In this document: piece by piece, positions 25,879 through 37,790 of the stretch
Layout: the number at the start of each line of letters is the position of its first letter
How positions within the stretch are numbered: position 1 is the first letter of the stretch
From: Octopus sinensis
Lineage: Eukaryota
DNA length: 64,000 nucleotides
NCBI RefSeq assembly: GCF_006345805.1
Contig: NC_043021.1
Location: 19,468,001-19,532,000 of the forward strand
Reading direction: 5' to 3'
Program-made: the position numbers and the translations under genes
The notes under the pieces: generated by a model
What the model saw: the letters and a program-made list of their open reading frames with translations, nothing else
The model's database searches: none
Told to the model about the DNA's origin: nothing

Positions 25879-26229
25879 TGTGTGTGTTTGTCCCTGTAGC
25901 ATTGTTTGACAATCGATGTTGGTGTGTTTATGTCCCCGTTACTTAGCGGTTCGGCAAAAGAGACCGATAGAATAAGTACTGGGCTTACAAAAGAATAAGT
26001 CCCGGGGTCGAGTTGCTCGATTAAAGGCGGTGCTCCAGCATGGCCGCAATCAAATAACTGAAACAAGTAAAAGAGTAAAGAGTATAATAATAATAATTAT
26101 AATAACATCAAAAAATAGCTTAGGAATGAGAACCCAGGTTCAAAATTTCCCCAAGACACCTGATGAGGGTATATCAGGCGAAACAAGATGAAGACAATTA
26201 TCTGCAAAATGTAAATAATGTAAATAAGG
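25528..26229 (+). mobile_element. SINE-F: tRNA-headed SINE with (AAT)n spacer and hammerhead-like tail, interrupted by a SINE-A (25670-26082)
   Basis: A box TGGCGTAGTGG 25538-25548, B-box-like GAGTTCAGTTCC 25581-25592, CTGATGA...GAAA at 26160-26183, TSD AAAATGTC (25520-25527/26230-26237). Confidence 0.75.
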
Positions 26230-26426
26230 AAAATGTCTGCTTGTTTAACACCTTCAGGTCCCTCCTGTGTAAAAATCCTGACATGCTAGCATGGAAAGGC
26301 AGATGTTAACTGAAATAAATGAGCAATACAAATACACACACATGCACGCACACACACACACATATATATATATATAATAGTATTAATTAATAGTAGGAGA
26401 TGGATTTTGTATTAGACTTTTATTAG

Positions 26427-26471
26427 GTACAGCATATGTTTCGACCCATCAGTCTGGATCTCTTCAGGTAC
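26427..26471 (-). ncRNA. Degenerate minimal type I hammerhead motif (U16.1 replaced by C)
   Basis: GUAC-CUGAAGA-GAUCC(AGACUGAU)GGGUC-GAAA-CAUAUG-C-U-GUAC followed by AAUAAA. Confidence 0.62.
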
Positions 26472-26994
26472 TTTGATAAAGACCTCTCACTAGAAATTTT
26501 TTTGTGTCTGCTGGCTTATTGTTATATGTCCATCCAGCTGGAGAATGAATGAAAGCAAAAAATATTATAGAAATACAAAAAATTCAAATATGAATGTGGA
26601 AAACATTCATTCCAGTTTAGATAAAATATACTCTCTCTCTCTCTCTATATATATATATACAAATTGAGATAGGGGTTGTATATGCAACCCTCCATGGGAT
26701 AACATATATCCAATAGCTGTAAGATGTAGTCGATATTTATATTTATATGTACTTATATTTACATTCTCTTATACATATTCTACTTATTGTATAACATTAC
26801 TCTTTTATGTACACTCCTTCATGTACACTGCTTTACCCTGCATTATTATGTTTAACCTTATAGTTTCTTATGTGGTTGTTTGATAAAGTATGTGATTGAG
26901 TATTATCTGGTAATTGATATTTGATTTAGATGTATTTCTCCATTTTCTTATTTTGTATATATATATATATACATATGAATGTATTTATTTACAG

Positions 26995-27156
26995 GAACTG
27001 GAATTAATAGAGACAATCTGGATAATCACCAGAGACTGGGAAATGAACTGGAATATATGGAAAGTGTCTAAGTTCACTGAAATCCAAACTGAAGAAATAG
27101 AAACTTTTTCTTTGAATGTGTCACGGAAACTGAACAAGTTGAGTCGAGACTTAAAG
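26995..27156 (+). CDS. DNAH2: Dynein heavy chain exon 10
   Basis: ttacag|GAA...AAG|gtatgg; ELELIETIWIITRDWEMNWNIWK...KLSRDLK; 162 nt. Confidence 0.92.
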
Positions 27157-27409
27157 GTATGGGCCATTTTTCTCTCTTTCTCCTCTCTCCCTATCTCTCT
27201 TTTAAATTATATAAGTATTGTGTTAGAGTTAAAGTAGTCATTTGTGAATATATATATATTTTCTACACCTGCCATCTCTGAAGAGCATGTGGTATTACTA
27301 CCACACTATTGTCTAATTTCCAGTTATCTAATACCCACTGTGAAACTGATTGGTAAGATTTGCTTATATAGTTTGATTAATCTTCATTTCTTCATCCCAT
27401 GTCACCCTT

Positions 27410-27460
<51 letters not shown>

Positions 27461-27903
27461 TCTACAGTTTCCCTTCACTTTAAGCACCCTTATCAGCACA
27501 CTACACGAGATTTCTCACATCCAGTTTGTCCCTCAACTTCACATGCTCTGCCCTCATTCACCTTACTCATTGCATACCCAACAAAGCATGTTTGCCTCAT
27601 TATCTTATAACTTTCTCAAACTGTCCGCTTCCATTATCAGATACATCTAAGGAGCTTTCTAAACATTTGAAGGAATCTATTTTACATTTAGCAAGGGTTA
27701 TATTAAGAGCTATGTCCCTTGGCCTCAAACAATCTCTAAAGTTCTTTTCTACTCTAGGAACGAGGCCCTAACGTGCTGTTAAAGCAACAAGAGTTCTCTG
27801 AAAATGAGTTGGTATCAGGGGTTGGAATGTGTGTAAGAGAATTATATGTGTAGGTTTTTTTTGGAGGGGCTGACATGAAGGTGCTAGGTGGGTGTCCAAA
27901 TGC

Positions 27904-28132
27904 TTAACCCTTTAGTGTTTAAACTGGCCAAATCCAGCCCAATATATTCTACATGTTTTATATTCAAACTGGTGATGTCTAGCCTCTCACACCTAACCTA
28001 CAATGCCATTCTAAAAATAAGTAATCACATCATTGAAACCTGAAAGCTGTAAGATGATCCAGGATTAATTCAAAACAATTTGAGTGAAAAAGTATTACAT
28101 TTAACAGAGTAATCTGAACACTAAAGGGTTAA
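27904..28132. mobile_element. MITE-P1 (piggyBac-type, TTAA-flanked, about 225 bp)
   Basis: TTAA|CCCTTTAGTGTTT...AACACTAAAGGG|TTAA; copies 38809-39035, 62374-62600; degraded copies near 31860, 35780, 49450-50600. Confidence 0.88.
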
Positions 28133-28443
28133 TCCCATTTTAGGGTGTATATGTGTTGTTGTTTGCATATGTTTTGGTTAAACATTCAATATACTCACTC
28201 TATTGACAAATATACGATTGTGTGTTTTCCTCACTTATGACTTAGACAACTGTGTGTGTGTGTATCTATGTATATGTATGTATATATAGTCATACTCCAT
28301 ACCCACCGTCTTTGAAGAGTGTGTGCTGTTAAAACTTCGCTGTTGTATAATATCCCATTATCTAATACCCAGTGCAAAACCAATCAGCTGAAATGGATTT
28401 ATAATATCATTATACTTTGCTTAATATATAATATATATATATA

Positions 28444-28647
28444 TGAGGGGTGCTGAAAAGTTCCTAGATTTAAGGCCTAGTTGGAGGCCCAACTATCCAA
28501 ATTCTTTTACAGTATTTAGAAAAACTGAAGGACCACTGTAATAAGTGTGTGAATCTGAGAGGGGGAATATGTTGAATAAGATCATAATTAACTGATTCTC
28601 CTGTATTTTCTTTTACCCAAAGCCAGGAACTTTTCAGCACTCCCTCA
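28444..28647. mobile_element. Mariner-like MITE
   Basis: Imperfect TIRs TGAGGGGGTGCTGAAAAGTTCC / GGAACTTTTCAGCACTCCCTCA; reverse copies about 5270-5490 and 61290-61670 (the latter split by MITE-P2). Confidence 0.7.
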
Positions 28648-28849
28648 TCTTATATATATATATATATATATATAGATATATATCTTAGGCACGAGGCTTG
28701 TTATTTCTTTTACATGAAAGAAACATTTGTTTGAAAGTATTTTCTCAGAGCCTTATTTATTATTTGTGTTATTACTATGAGTAAAGTTAACAATTTAATC
28801 TGATTTTTTTTCTTTCTTTTTTTTTTTTTTGCTTAATTTTTCACCACAG

Positions 28850-28972
28850 GACAGGCACTGGTCTGTTCTGGAAGCCAGTAAAGTCAAAGTAGACACCTTT
28901 AAACGAACTATGCCATTAATTCAAGATCTGAAAAATCCTGCAATGCGTCCTCGTCATTGGGAACAAATAAGT
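28850..28972 (+). CDS. DNAH2: Dynein heavy chain exon 11 (DHC_N2/linker region)
   Basis: ccacag|GAC...AGT|gtgagt; DRHWSVLEASKVKVDTFKRTMPLIQDLKNPAMRPRHWEQIS; conserved L.NPA.R.RHW motif; 123 nt. Confidence 0.95.
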
Positions 28973-30393
28973 GTGAGTAGATCTCATTGGTTCTATTTTG
29001 TTTACACCGCAAATATTTCAGAGAGAAAACTTTGTGTAATTATGTCAGTTGAATTAATCATATTTTGTGGTATAAAAGTCATTCTTCAGACCAAAATTTA
29101 CAGCTAAAAATGGTTGGTGAACTTATATGCCATGATAACTTTGGAGGACTGAGGATTTCATGTGAAATGCAGCGAGATTTGGAAAGAGACTGGAAATGAA
29201 GGACACTGCTTGAATTCTGGTGACACTTTGCTTATAATTGTCAAGACAAGGAAACAATGTCGATATGAATTAGAACCAGCTTCAGGGGTACAAACAAAAT
29301 TGAACACACATACACAAGGAGTGCGTTATTGTTTGTTCCTTCTCAAGCCATGCCTCGATCATAAGGGCTGGTTTCCCGGTTTCATTGGCGTATAGGTTCC
29401 CCACCTGGACGGGATGCCGGTCCGTCGCAGGTGAGCTGCAAGATGCAGGAGGAAAGAGTGAGAGAAAGTTGTGGCGAAAGAGTCAGCAGAAGTTCACCAT
29501 TACCTTCTGCCGGAGCTGCATGGAGCTTAGGTGTTTTTCTCATTGACGTACACATCGCCCAGTCTGAGATTCGAACCACAATCCCTCGACCGCGAGGCCG
29601 CTGCTCTAGCCACTAGGTCTTGTGTCTCCACATGTTTTAGGCATAAGTGAATATATTTTCAATGCATCTTCTGTTAAAAACACCTAAAAGTAAGTCATAG
29701 GCAAGTGAGACAACTCCCATACTGGAGCAAGAGACATCAATGTTTGGTCATTGTATTGTCTGTCCCTCGAAAACAACACACACACACACACCTGTATGTG
29801 TGTTTGATTTTGTTTATATATATTGATTTGGTTTATCTTATATTAAACTTTTAATACTTTTTGATAGTTATTAAAAAAATTTAATAAATAAATAAATATA
29901 AAAATATAAAAAATATAAATTTTTAAAAATAATTAAATAAAATAATAAATATATATATAATATTTATAATTTTTAAGTTTAATATTAATTTAAATAATTT
30001 TTTAACTTTAATTTAATATTTTATAATTTTATATTTTTTATATTTTTTAATTAATTTTATTTCTATGTATTGGCTTATGATTTTCACTGTAATTTGCCTA
30101 ATTGTTTTATCTAATTTAATATAATAAATATATATATATTATATTATATATATATATTAATAATAAATATTAGGGAATAATCCAAACTTACAGGGAAAAA
30201 TCTGATTTAGGATAAATCCAATTTTTAGTAAAATATATTATTATAATATTAAATTAGAGATACCACTATTAGGCAAATCAAACAATGAAAAACATATACA
30301 TAAAATTAATTAATTTATATTATTTTAAATATATATCAAAAGTATTAAAAGTTAATAAAAGATAATGTTTGCCTATAGTGGTTTTATCTCTAA

Positions 30394-30471
<78 letters not shown>

Positions 30472-31630
30472 TAATCCCTATCCATATCACGGTTCACTGT
30501 TTATTATTTAAGCTTACATTGATTCCTATATGGCGTTGTTTTGCATTTATCATAAAATAAATACGTACAAATTATAAAAATACTGAAAAAAAATATACAA
30601 TACAGTACCGTTTCTACTTAAGGGATTTTCACCTATTGTGTGAGGTTTGGGATCATAACACCCACAAGTGTATCTATGTCCCCATAACTTAGCAATTTGG
30701 CAAAAGAGACCGATAGAATAAGTACCAGGCTTACAAAGAATAAGTCCAGGGGTTGATTTCTTCGACTAAAATGGCAGTGCTCCAGCATGGCCACAATCAA
30801 ATGACTAAAACAAGTAAAAGAATAAAAAATATATGCGATGTGCTTCTTTTAGTTTCTGTTTACCTAATCCACTCAGAAGGCTTTGGTTGGCCCAGAGACA
30901 CTTGCCCAGTATGCCACTTAATGGGATTGAACTCAGAGCCATGTGGTTGGGAAGAAAACATCTTAACCACACTGATACAATTGCTGCTCAGTGTACATGT
31001 CCTTATTTCATGTTTTTGTATGTAGGCCTGTCCATGATGTAAAGTGTGCAACAAGACACCCTAAATATAAGATTCCCGTACATATAGACACAGGAGTGGC
31101 TGTGTGGTAAGAAGCTTGCTTCCCAACCACATGGTTCCAGGTTCAGTCCCACTGCACGACACTTAGGGTAAGTGTATTCTACTATAGCCTCAGGCCGACC
31201 AAAGCCTTGTGAGTGAATTTGGTAGATGAAAACTGAAAGAAGCCCATCGTATATATATATATATATGTATTTGTGCGTCTGTGCCTGTCCCCACACCATC
31301 ACTAGGCAACCGATGTTGGTGTGATTATGTCCCCTTAACTTAGCGGTTCGACAAAAGAGACCGATAGAATAAGTACTAGGCTTACGAAGAATAAGTCCTG
31401 GGGTCGATTTGCTCGACTAAAGGCGGTGCTCCAGCATGGCCACAGTCAAATGACTGAAACAAGTAAAAGAGTAAAAGAGTATATTTGAAAGTACAGTTTT
31501 GATTAAAAGGCAGGATTTCAAGAGAATTTTGGGGGAATTCCTTACTTGTGTTTAATATAATTAACATAATGTTTTCTACAGGTCCTGCTATCATGTATGA
31601 AATATGTAAAAGTCCAATTTTGGTTTGTAG

Positions 31631-31768
31631 GTTGAAATTCAGCGCCACTTTGACTACACCTCAGAAGATTTCACTTTGGAGAAAATCATTGAACTGGGTT
31701 TTGATCAGTATGCTGACTTCATTAATGGTGTTTCAAGTGCTGCCAAGAAAGAATTGTTCATTGAACAG
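31631..31768 (+). CDS. DNAH2: Dynein heavy chain exon 12
   Basis: ttgtag|GTT...CAG|gttgga; VEIQRHFDYTSEDFTLEKIIELGFDQYADFINGVSSAAKKELFIEQ; 138 nt; absent from ORF track in this frame. Confidence 0.92.
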
Positions 31769-33521
31769 GTTGGATAATGTCTTCTTAACTCGTATGATCT
31801 GTACAATATTTGGTAAAAATGTTTCTCAGTTAAGCATCCTAATCTACAGAATTTTTTTTTAACGCTTTAGCATTTAAACAGGCCGTATCCGGCCAAAATA
31901 TTCCGGCTGTTTTATGTTTAAACTAGCCGCCAACCCTCTCACACCAATCATACAATGTCATTCTGAGCATGAACAGTCATACCTATTTCTTTATTACCCA
32001 CAAGGGGCTAAACACAGAGAGAACAAACAAGGACAGACAAAGGGATTAAGTCGATTACATCAACCCCAGTACGTAACTGGTACTTAATTTATCGACCCCG
32101 AAAGGATGAAAGTCAAAGTTGACCTCGGCGGAATTTGAACTCAGAACCTAACGGCAGACGAAATACCTGTTTCTTTACTACCCACAAGGGGCTAAACACA
32201 GAGAGGACAAACAAGGACAGACAAATGGATTAAGTCGATTATATCGACCCCAGTGCGTAACTGGTACTTAATTTATCGAGCCTGAAAGGATGAAAGGCAA
32301 AGTTGACCTCGGCGGAATTTGAACTCCGAACATAGCTTAGCATTTCGCCCGGTGTGCTCACGTTTCTGCCAGCTCGCTGCCTTATGAACAGTCTTACCAT
32401 CAAAATCTCATGGCTCCAAGATAATGCAAGACTAATTCAAAACAATGAATAAATAAGCTTTACATTTGATATACTAATATGACTGCTAAAGGGTTAAACC
32501 AGTCGTATCTGACCAAAATAGTCTACTTGTGTTGTGTTCAAATCATTCAAATCTGGCTTCTCACACCTACCCTTCAATGTCATTCTAGAAATAGACAATG
32601 ACATCCAAATCTCAAAGCACTTTCTTTTTCATAAGAATCAACACTCATCTGTGTGTGTGTACAGATCATCGTGTACTTATGTGTGTAGACATATGTGGGT
32701 ATATACATACATACATAAAAGATCAATGGAAATTGTAGTTGTGATACCAGTGCCGGTGGCACGTAAAAAGAACCATCTGAGCATGGACATTGCCAGCGCC
32801 GCCTCAACTGGCCTCCATGCTGGTGGCATGTAAAAAGAACCATCTGGACGTGGCCAATGACATCGCCACTTCAACTGGCCTCCATGCCGGTGGCACGTAA
32901 AAAGAACCATCTGGATGTGGCCAATGACAGCGCCGCCTCAACTGGCCTCCGTGCCGGTGGCACGTAAAATACACCAACCGATCATGGCCGTTGCCAGCCT
33001 CGCCTGGCACGTAAAAAGCACCCACTACACTCAATGAGTAGTTGGCTTTAGGAAGGGCATCCAGCTGTAGGAACACTGCCAGATCAGACTGGAGCCTGGT
33101 GCCGCCTCCTGGCTTCCCAGACCCCGGTCGAACCGTCCAACTCATGCTAGCATGGAGAACGGACGTTAAACGATGATGATGATGATGAATGCATACATAA
33201 ACATAGAACTGATGGATTTAAGGGTTTTGTTTATTTGTGAGTTGATTTCTTAATTTCACTGGAGTATAAATATCTATAATGGTGATACTTAAAAAAAATA
33301 ATTAATTCAGTTCAATTAAAAAGCATGGGTAAGCAACACATTGTAAGCCACATTAGAATTTGTGAAAAAATTTATCTGCGCTCAGGGTAAGCATAACCCC
33401 TCCGATGCCTTTTTATTTTTGCATTTTTATTGTGATATCTTCACTTTAAATTTAACCCTTTTATTACCATATTTTTATGGAAATAGACTGTATTTGTTTC
33501 AATTAATTTTGAAATAATGGG

Positions 33522-33867
33522 CAAACAATTGCAGCGTGGAAGGTGTTTGTAAGCCATTTAAGAAACACACAAAAGCTGTTCGATTCACTTCAACATTTAA
33601 GTTTAATTTGTCAAAATATTTTCGTCGCTATAAGACCGCGACCTGTTCACTGACAAAAATCTGTGCTCATGGATTTTTGTCAGTGAACAGGTTGCGGTCT
33701 TAAAGCGACGAAAATATTTTGACAAATTAAACTTAAATGTTGAAGTGAATCGAACGGCTTTTGTGTGTTTCTTAAATGGCTTACAAACACCTTCCACGCT
33801 GCAATTGTTTTCATTCCAGCACACGATCTCAGATCAAATCACTTGCTATGCAAGTACATCTCCGTAA
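33522..33867 (+). mobile_element. Fold-back Penelope-like element with two G3-C8 hammerhead motifs
   Basis: 139-bp inverted arms (33523-33661/33672-33810, 3 mismatches), 57-nt unique 3' extension, 12-bp TSD TGAAATAATGGG. Confidence 0.8.
33676..33726 (+). ncRNA. Variant minimal hammerhead motif (G3-C8); mirror copy 33607-33657 on - strand
   Basis: UUUGUCA-GUGAACA-G-GUUGC(GGUCUUAAA)GCGAC-GAAA-AUAU-U-U-UGACAAA. Confidence 0.65.
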
Positions 33868-34117
33868 TGAAATAATGGGGTATTTAGTTAAATAACTGTT
33901 GTTATTAAGCCGATGTTAAGGCAGCAAGCTGGCAGAATTGTTAGCATGCTGGATGGAATACTTAGCAGTATTTCGCCCATTCTTACATTCTCGATAAAAA
34001 TTCTGCCAAGGTCAACTTTGCTTTTCATGCTTTTGGGGTCAATAAATTAAGTACCAGCGAAACACTAGGGACCACTCCCCAAAATCTCAGGCCTTGTCTC
34101 TTCAGTAGAAAGGATTA

Positions 34118-35053
34118 CCGTAAATCCTTGAGTATAATCCACATTTTTTTCCCAAAAATTTAAAGGTCAAAATCCCTAGTGCATACTATATACGAGGTTA
34201 AAAATGAAAAATATTTTCTAAGTTTCTAAGCAATGTCCGAGTCTCTATTTGCTGTCCGGCAATATTTATTCAAATGCATTTTGTGATGTTGGTCGCGAAA
34301 ATACCTTAAGCTAAGCCTGAAAGCAATGAAGTCATAAAAGAATCATCCATAACTTGCAGTAAGCAACATTTATTAAAATAAAAGTATTCAGAACACAGAA
34401 TAACATGTAACAAAAGCAGTTTGCAAACATATTTACATTCCCATATAACAGTTAAGAACATTACCATTATTGTATTACGCATGCGTGGAAGTGTTTGTTC
34501 GACTAAGTGCTGCTGGCTTAATAACGCACGAATTGTGCTTAATAGTTTAGCGCTAAATAGTTCATCTTGCTGTTTGTATTGGCAGTTTGAATCATTACCA
34601 TGGCAAACAATAGATACTTAATTAAATACCAGTATTAGATATTTGAACTACTGTGGGTCTTTACTAGGGGTTTTTTTTTTATAAGCAGGACTTAAACCTG
34701 TACATTAATCTCCAATAAAACATTTTATGCATTACATGCCCATAAAATGCCTCGTAGATCTTATTCAACTATTTTAAAACTTGAAGTTATATCATATGCT
34801 GAAGACCATGGTAATAGGGCCGCCGGACGAAAATTTGAAAAGCTACACATTTGCATTATGTTATATATACAACAATAATAAAGGATGTTACCGTATACAT
34901 TTTTACAAACCAAGGACGTTATATAGACCTCCTTGACTCAAATTAGAGAAAGGGTGCATATTATACACAAGGTTTAGGTTTTTCAGAGGTACAGCCCCCT
35001 AAAAATCCCTTGCGTATTATACTCAAGAGTGGACTATACTCGAGGATTTACGG
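34118..35053 (+). mobile_element. Internally deleted pogo-like DNA transposon (936 bp) with Brinker-type DBD remnant
   Basis: TIRs CCGTAAATCCTTGAGTATAATCC / CCGTAAATCCTCGAGTATAGTCC, TA TSD; ATG 34747 gives MPRRSYSTILKLEVISYAEDHGNRAAGRKFE. Confidence 0.88.
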
Positions 35054-36541
35054 TATTAAGCTGGTGTTTTCAAATTCTGCCAAGGTCAGCTTTGCCTTTC
35101 ATCCTTTTGGGGTCAATAAATTAAGTACCAGTGAAACACTAGGGACCTCTCCCCAAAATCTCATGCCTTGTCTCCTCAGTAGAAAGGATTATTAAGGTGG
35201 TGTTTTCAAATTCTGCCAAGGTCGACTTTGATTTTCATCCTTTTCTGGGTCAATAAAATAAGTACCAGTTGGATACTGGAGTCAGTGTAATTGACTTACT
35301 CCATCCCCGGAATTGCTGGCCTCGTGCCAATGTTTGAGGCAGCAAGCTGGCAAGCATCCAGTCGACTCTGTAAAGTGGTTGGCATTAGGTAGGGCATCCA
35401 GCCATAGAAACCAAGCAAAATCAGACTCCTGGAGCCTGATGCAGGCCTTTGGCTTGCCAACATAAAAAATGATGATGATGTTATGTAACACATAAAAGGG
35501 TAAAGACCTCATTTAGTCATGAATGATTATGGGACTGCATCTAGAAAGTTACTCTCAGTGTAATTGACTTACTCTGTCCCCGGAATTGCTGGCCTCGTGC
35601 CAATGTTTGAGGCAGCAAGCTGGGAAGAATCATGAGCATCGCAGACAAAATGCTAAGTGACATTTTGTCTGTCTTTACATTCTGAGTAAAAAATTATGCC
35701 AAAGTTGACTTTGCCCTTCTCCCAAAATATCAAGCCTTGCGCCTACAGTAAGAGGGATTATGAACCTGGTGTTTGGAAATTTAACCCTTTAAGCATTCAG
35801 GTTTCTCTGTCAAATGTAATGCTTATTTATTCACATTGTTCTGAATTATTCATGTGTTATCTTGTAGCTTTGAAATTTCAATGACATGATTGTTTATTTT
35901 CAGAATAATATTGAAGGGTAAGTGTGAGAGGCTGGATCTGGCCCGTTTGAAGATAAAACGGGGCTGAATATTTTGACCGGATATAACCAGTTTAACCCTT
36001 TTACTGTGGAAATTCGATATATCCACTCAAAACTTCATGACTCCTAACTGTGGAAAACCGTTTTATATACCAATCAATTTTTTTGTTGAGGATTAGAAAT
36101 GTTTGAAGGTGGCGAGGTGGCAAAAACGTTAGCACAACGGGCGAAATGCTTAGCGGTATTTCGTCTGCCGTTACGTTCTGAGTTCAAATTCCGCCGAGGT
36201 CAACTTTGCCTTTCATCCTTTCGGGGTCGATAAATTAAGTACCAGTTATGCACTGGGGTCGATGTAATTGACTTAATCCCTTTGTCTGTCCTTGTTTGTC
36301 CACTCTATGTTTAGCCGCTTGTGGGCAATAAAGAAATATATACTAAATTGACTTGTATGCTAGAAAATATGGTAACTAGTAATGCAGGCAACCAACAAGT
36401 TGTAGGTGTATCTCAAATCCTGCAAGTGAACTTGTTTTGAAGGGTTTCTTTCTTTTTGTCTCAGACTAGTACCAGTCATAACTAATGCTATATTTCAGTA
36501 ATTCCAGTAATTCTTCAATTTGTTTCTCTTTTTTTTGACAG

Positions 36542-36618
36542 AGTTTGATTTCAATCAAGAGCACTTGGGAAGTAACCGATATCGACATGGCTCCCTTCAA
36601 GGCTTTATATAAGATCAA
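36542..36618 (+). CDS. DNAH2: Dynein heavy chain exon 13
   Basis: tgacag|AGT...AA|gtaagt; SLISIKSTWEVTDIDMAPFKALYKI(K); 77 nt, ends phase 2; absent from ORF track. Confidence 0.88.
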
Positions 36619-36699
36619 GTAAGTTATTAAAACAACAGTGGTATTCGTTTTGTTATGTCTCATGTAATACTGCTTACATAGCTTGATGACCCCGTGGGT

Positions 36700-37790
36700 G
36701 CTGGTACCATGTAAAAAGCACCCTTGCTGGTGCCACATGAAAAAGCACCCTTGCTCGTGCCACATGAAAAAGCAGCCTTGCTCATGCCACATGAAAAAGC
36801 ACCCTTGCTTGTGCTAAATGAAAAAGCACCCTAGCTGATGCCACATGAAAAACACCCTAGCTGGTGCCACATGAAAAAACACCCTTGCTAGTGCCACATG
36901 AAAAAGCACCCTAGCTGGTGCCACATGAAAAAGCACCCTAGCTGGTGCCACATGAAAAAGCACGCTTGCTTGTGCTAAATGAAAAAGCACCCTAGCTGAT
37001 GCCACATGAAAAACACCCTAGCTGGTGCCACATGAAAAAGCACCCTTGCTGGTGTCACATGAAAAAACACCCTTGCTAGTGCCACATGAAAAAGCACCCT
37101 TGCTCGTGCCACATAAAAAAACACCTTTGCTGGTGCCAAATGAAAAACACCCTAGCCGGTGCCACATGAAAAAGCATCCTTGCTAGTGCCACATGAAAAA
37201 ACACCCTTGCTAGTGCCACATGAAAAAGCACCCTTGCTGGTGCCAAATGAAAAAACACCCTTGCTGGTGCCAAATGAAAAAGCACCCTTGCTGGTGCCAA
37301 ATGAAAAAGCACCCTTGCTCGTGCCACATAAAAAAACACCTTTGCTGGTGCCAAATGAAAAACACCGTAGCCGGTGCCACATGAAAAAGCACCCTTGCTC
37401 GTGCCACATAAAAAAACACTTTTGCTGGTGCCAAATGAAAAACACCGTAGCCGGTGCCACATGAAAAAGCATCCTTGCTAGTGCCACATGAAAAAGCATC
37501 CTTGCTGGTGCCACATGGAAAAAGCACCCTTGTTGGTGCCGCATGAAAAAGCACCTTTGCTGGTGCCACATGAAAAAGCACCCTTGCTGGTGCCACATAA
37601 AAGGGCACCTGTGCTGGTGTCACATAAAGAAACGCCCATGCTGGTGCCACATAAAAAAAGCATCTGTGCTGGTATCACATAGAAAGGCACCTGTGCTGTT
37701 GTCACATGCAAAAAAGCACCCATGCCTGCATCACATAAAACGGCCCCTGTGCCAGTGCCATGTATAAAAGCCTCTGTGCCAGCACCATGT
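36700..37790. repeat. 27-bp minisatellite (about 40 copies) fused to a Rep-D 3' end
   Basis: Unit GCACCCTTGCTGGTGCCACATGAAAAA; grades into Rep-D body and (ATG)n tail at 37790-37930. Confidence 0.93.

Noticed and set aside
13170-27300. Other CTGA(A/T)GA heptamers (13171, 22205, 23253, 24444, 27277)
   Set aside because: No stem II plus GAAA plus UH plus stem I arrangement; two lie in coding exons.
36465-36541. Upstream AG at 36463-36464 as alternative acceptor for exon 13
   Set aside because: In-frame TAA follows within 7 codons; the acceptor at 36541 gives the homologous peptide.
3700-37790. Rep-D-derived array units 27, 63 and 87 bp are all multiples of 3
   Set aside because: Only three cases, while other arrays here (29, 31, 34, 35 bp) are not; compatible with chance and no coding evidence.
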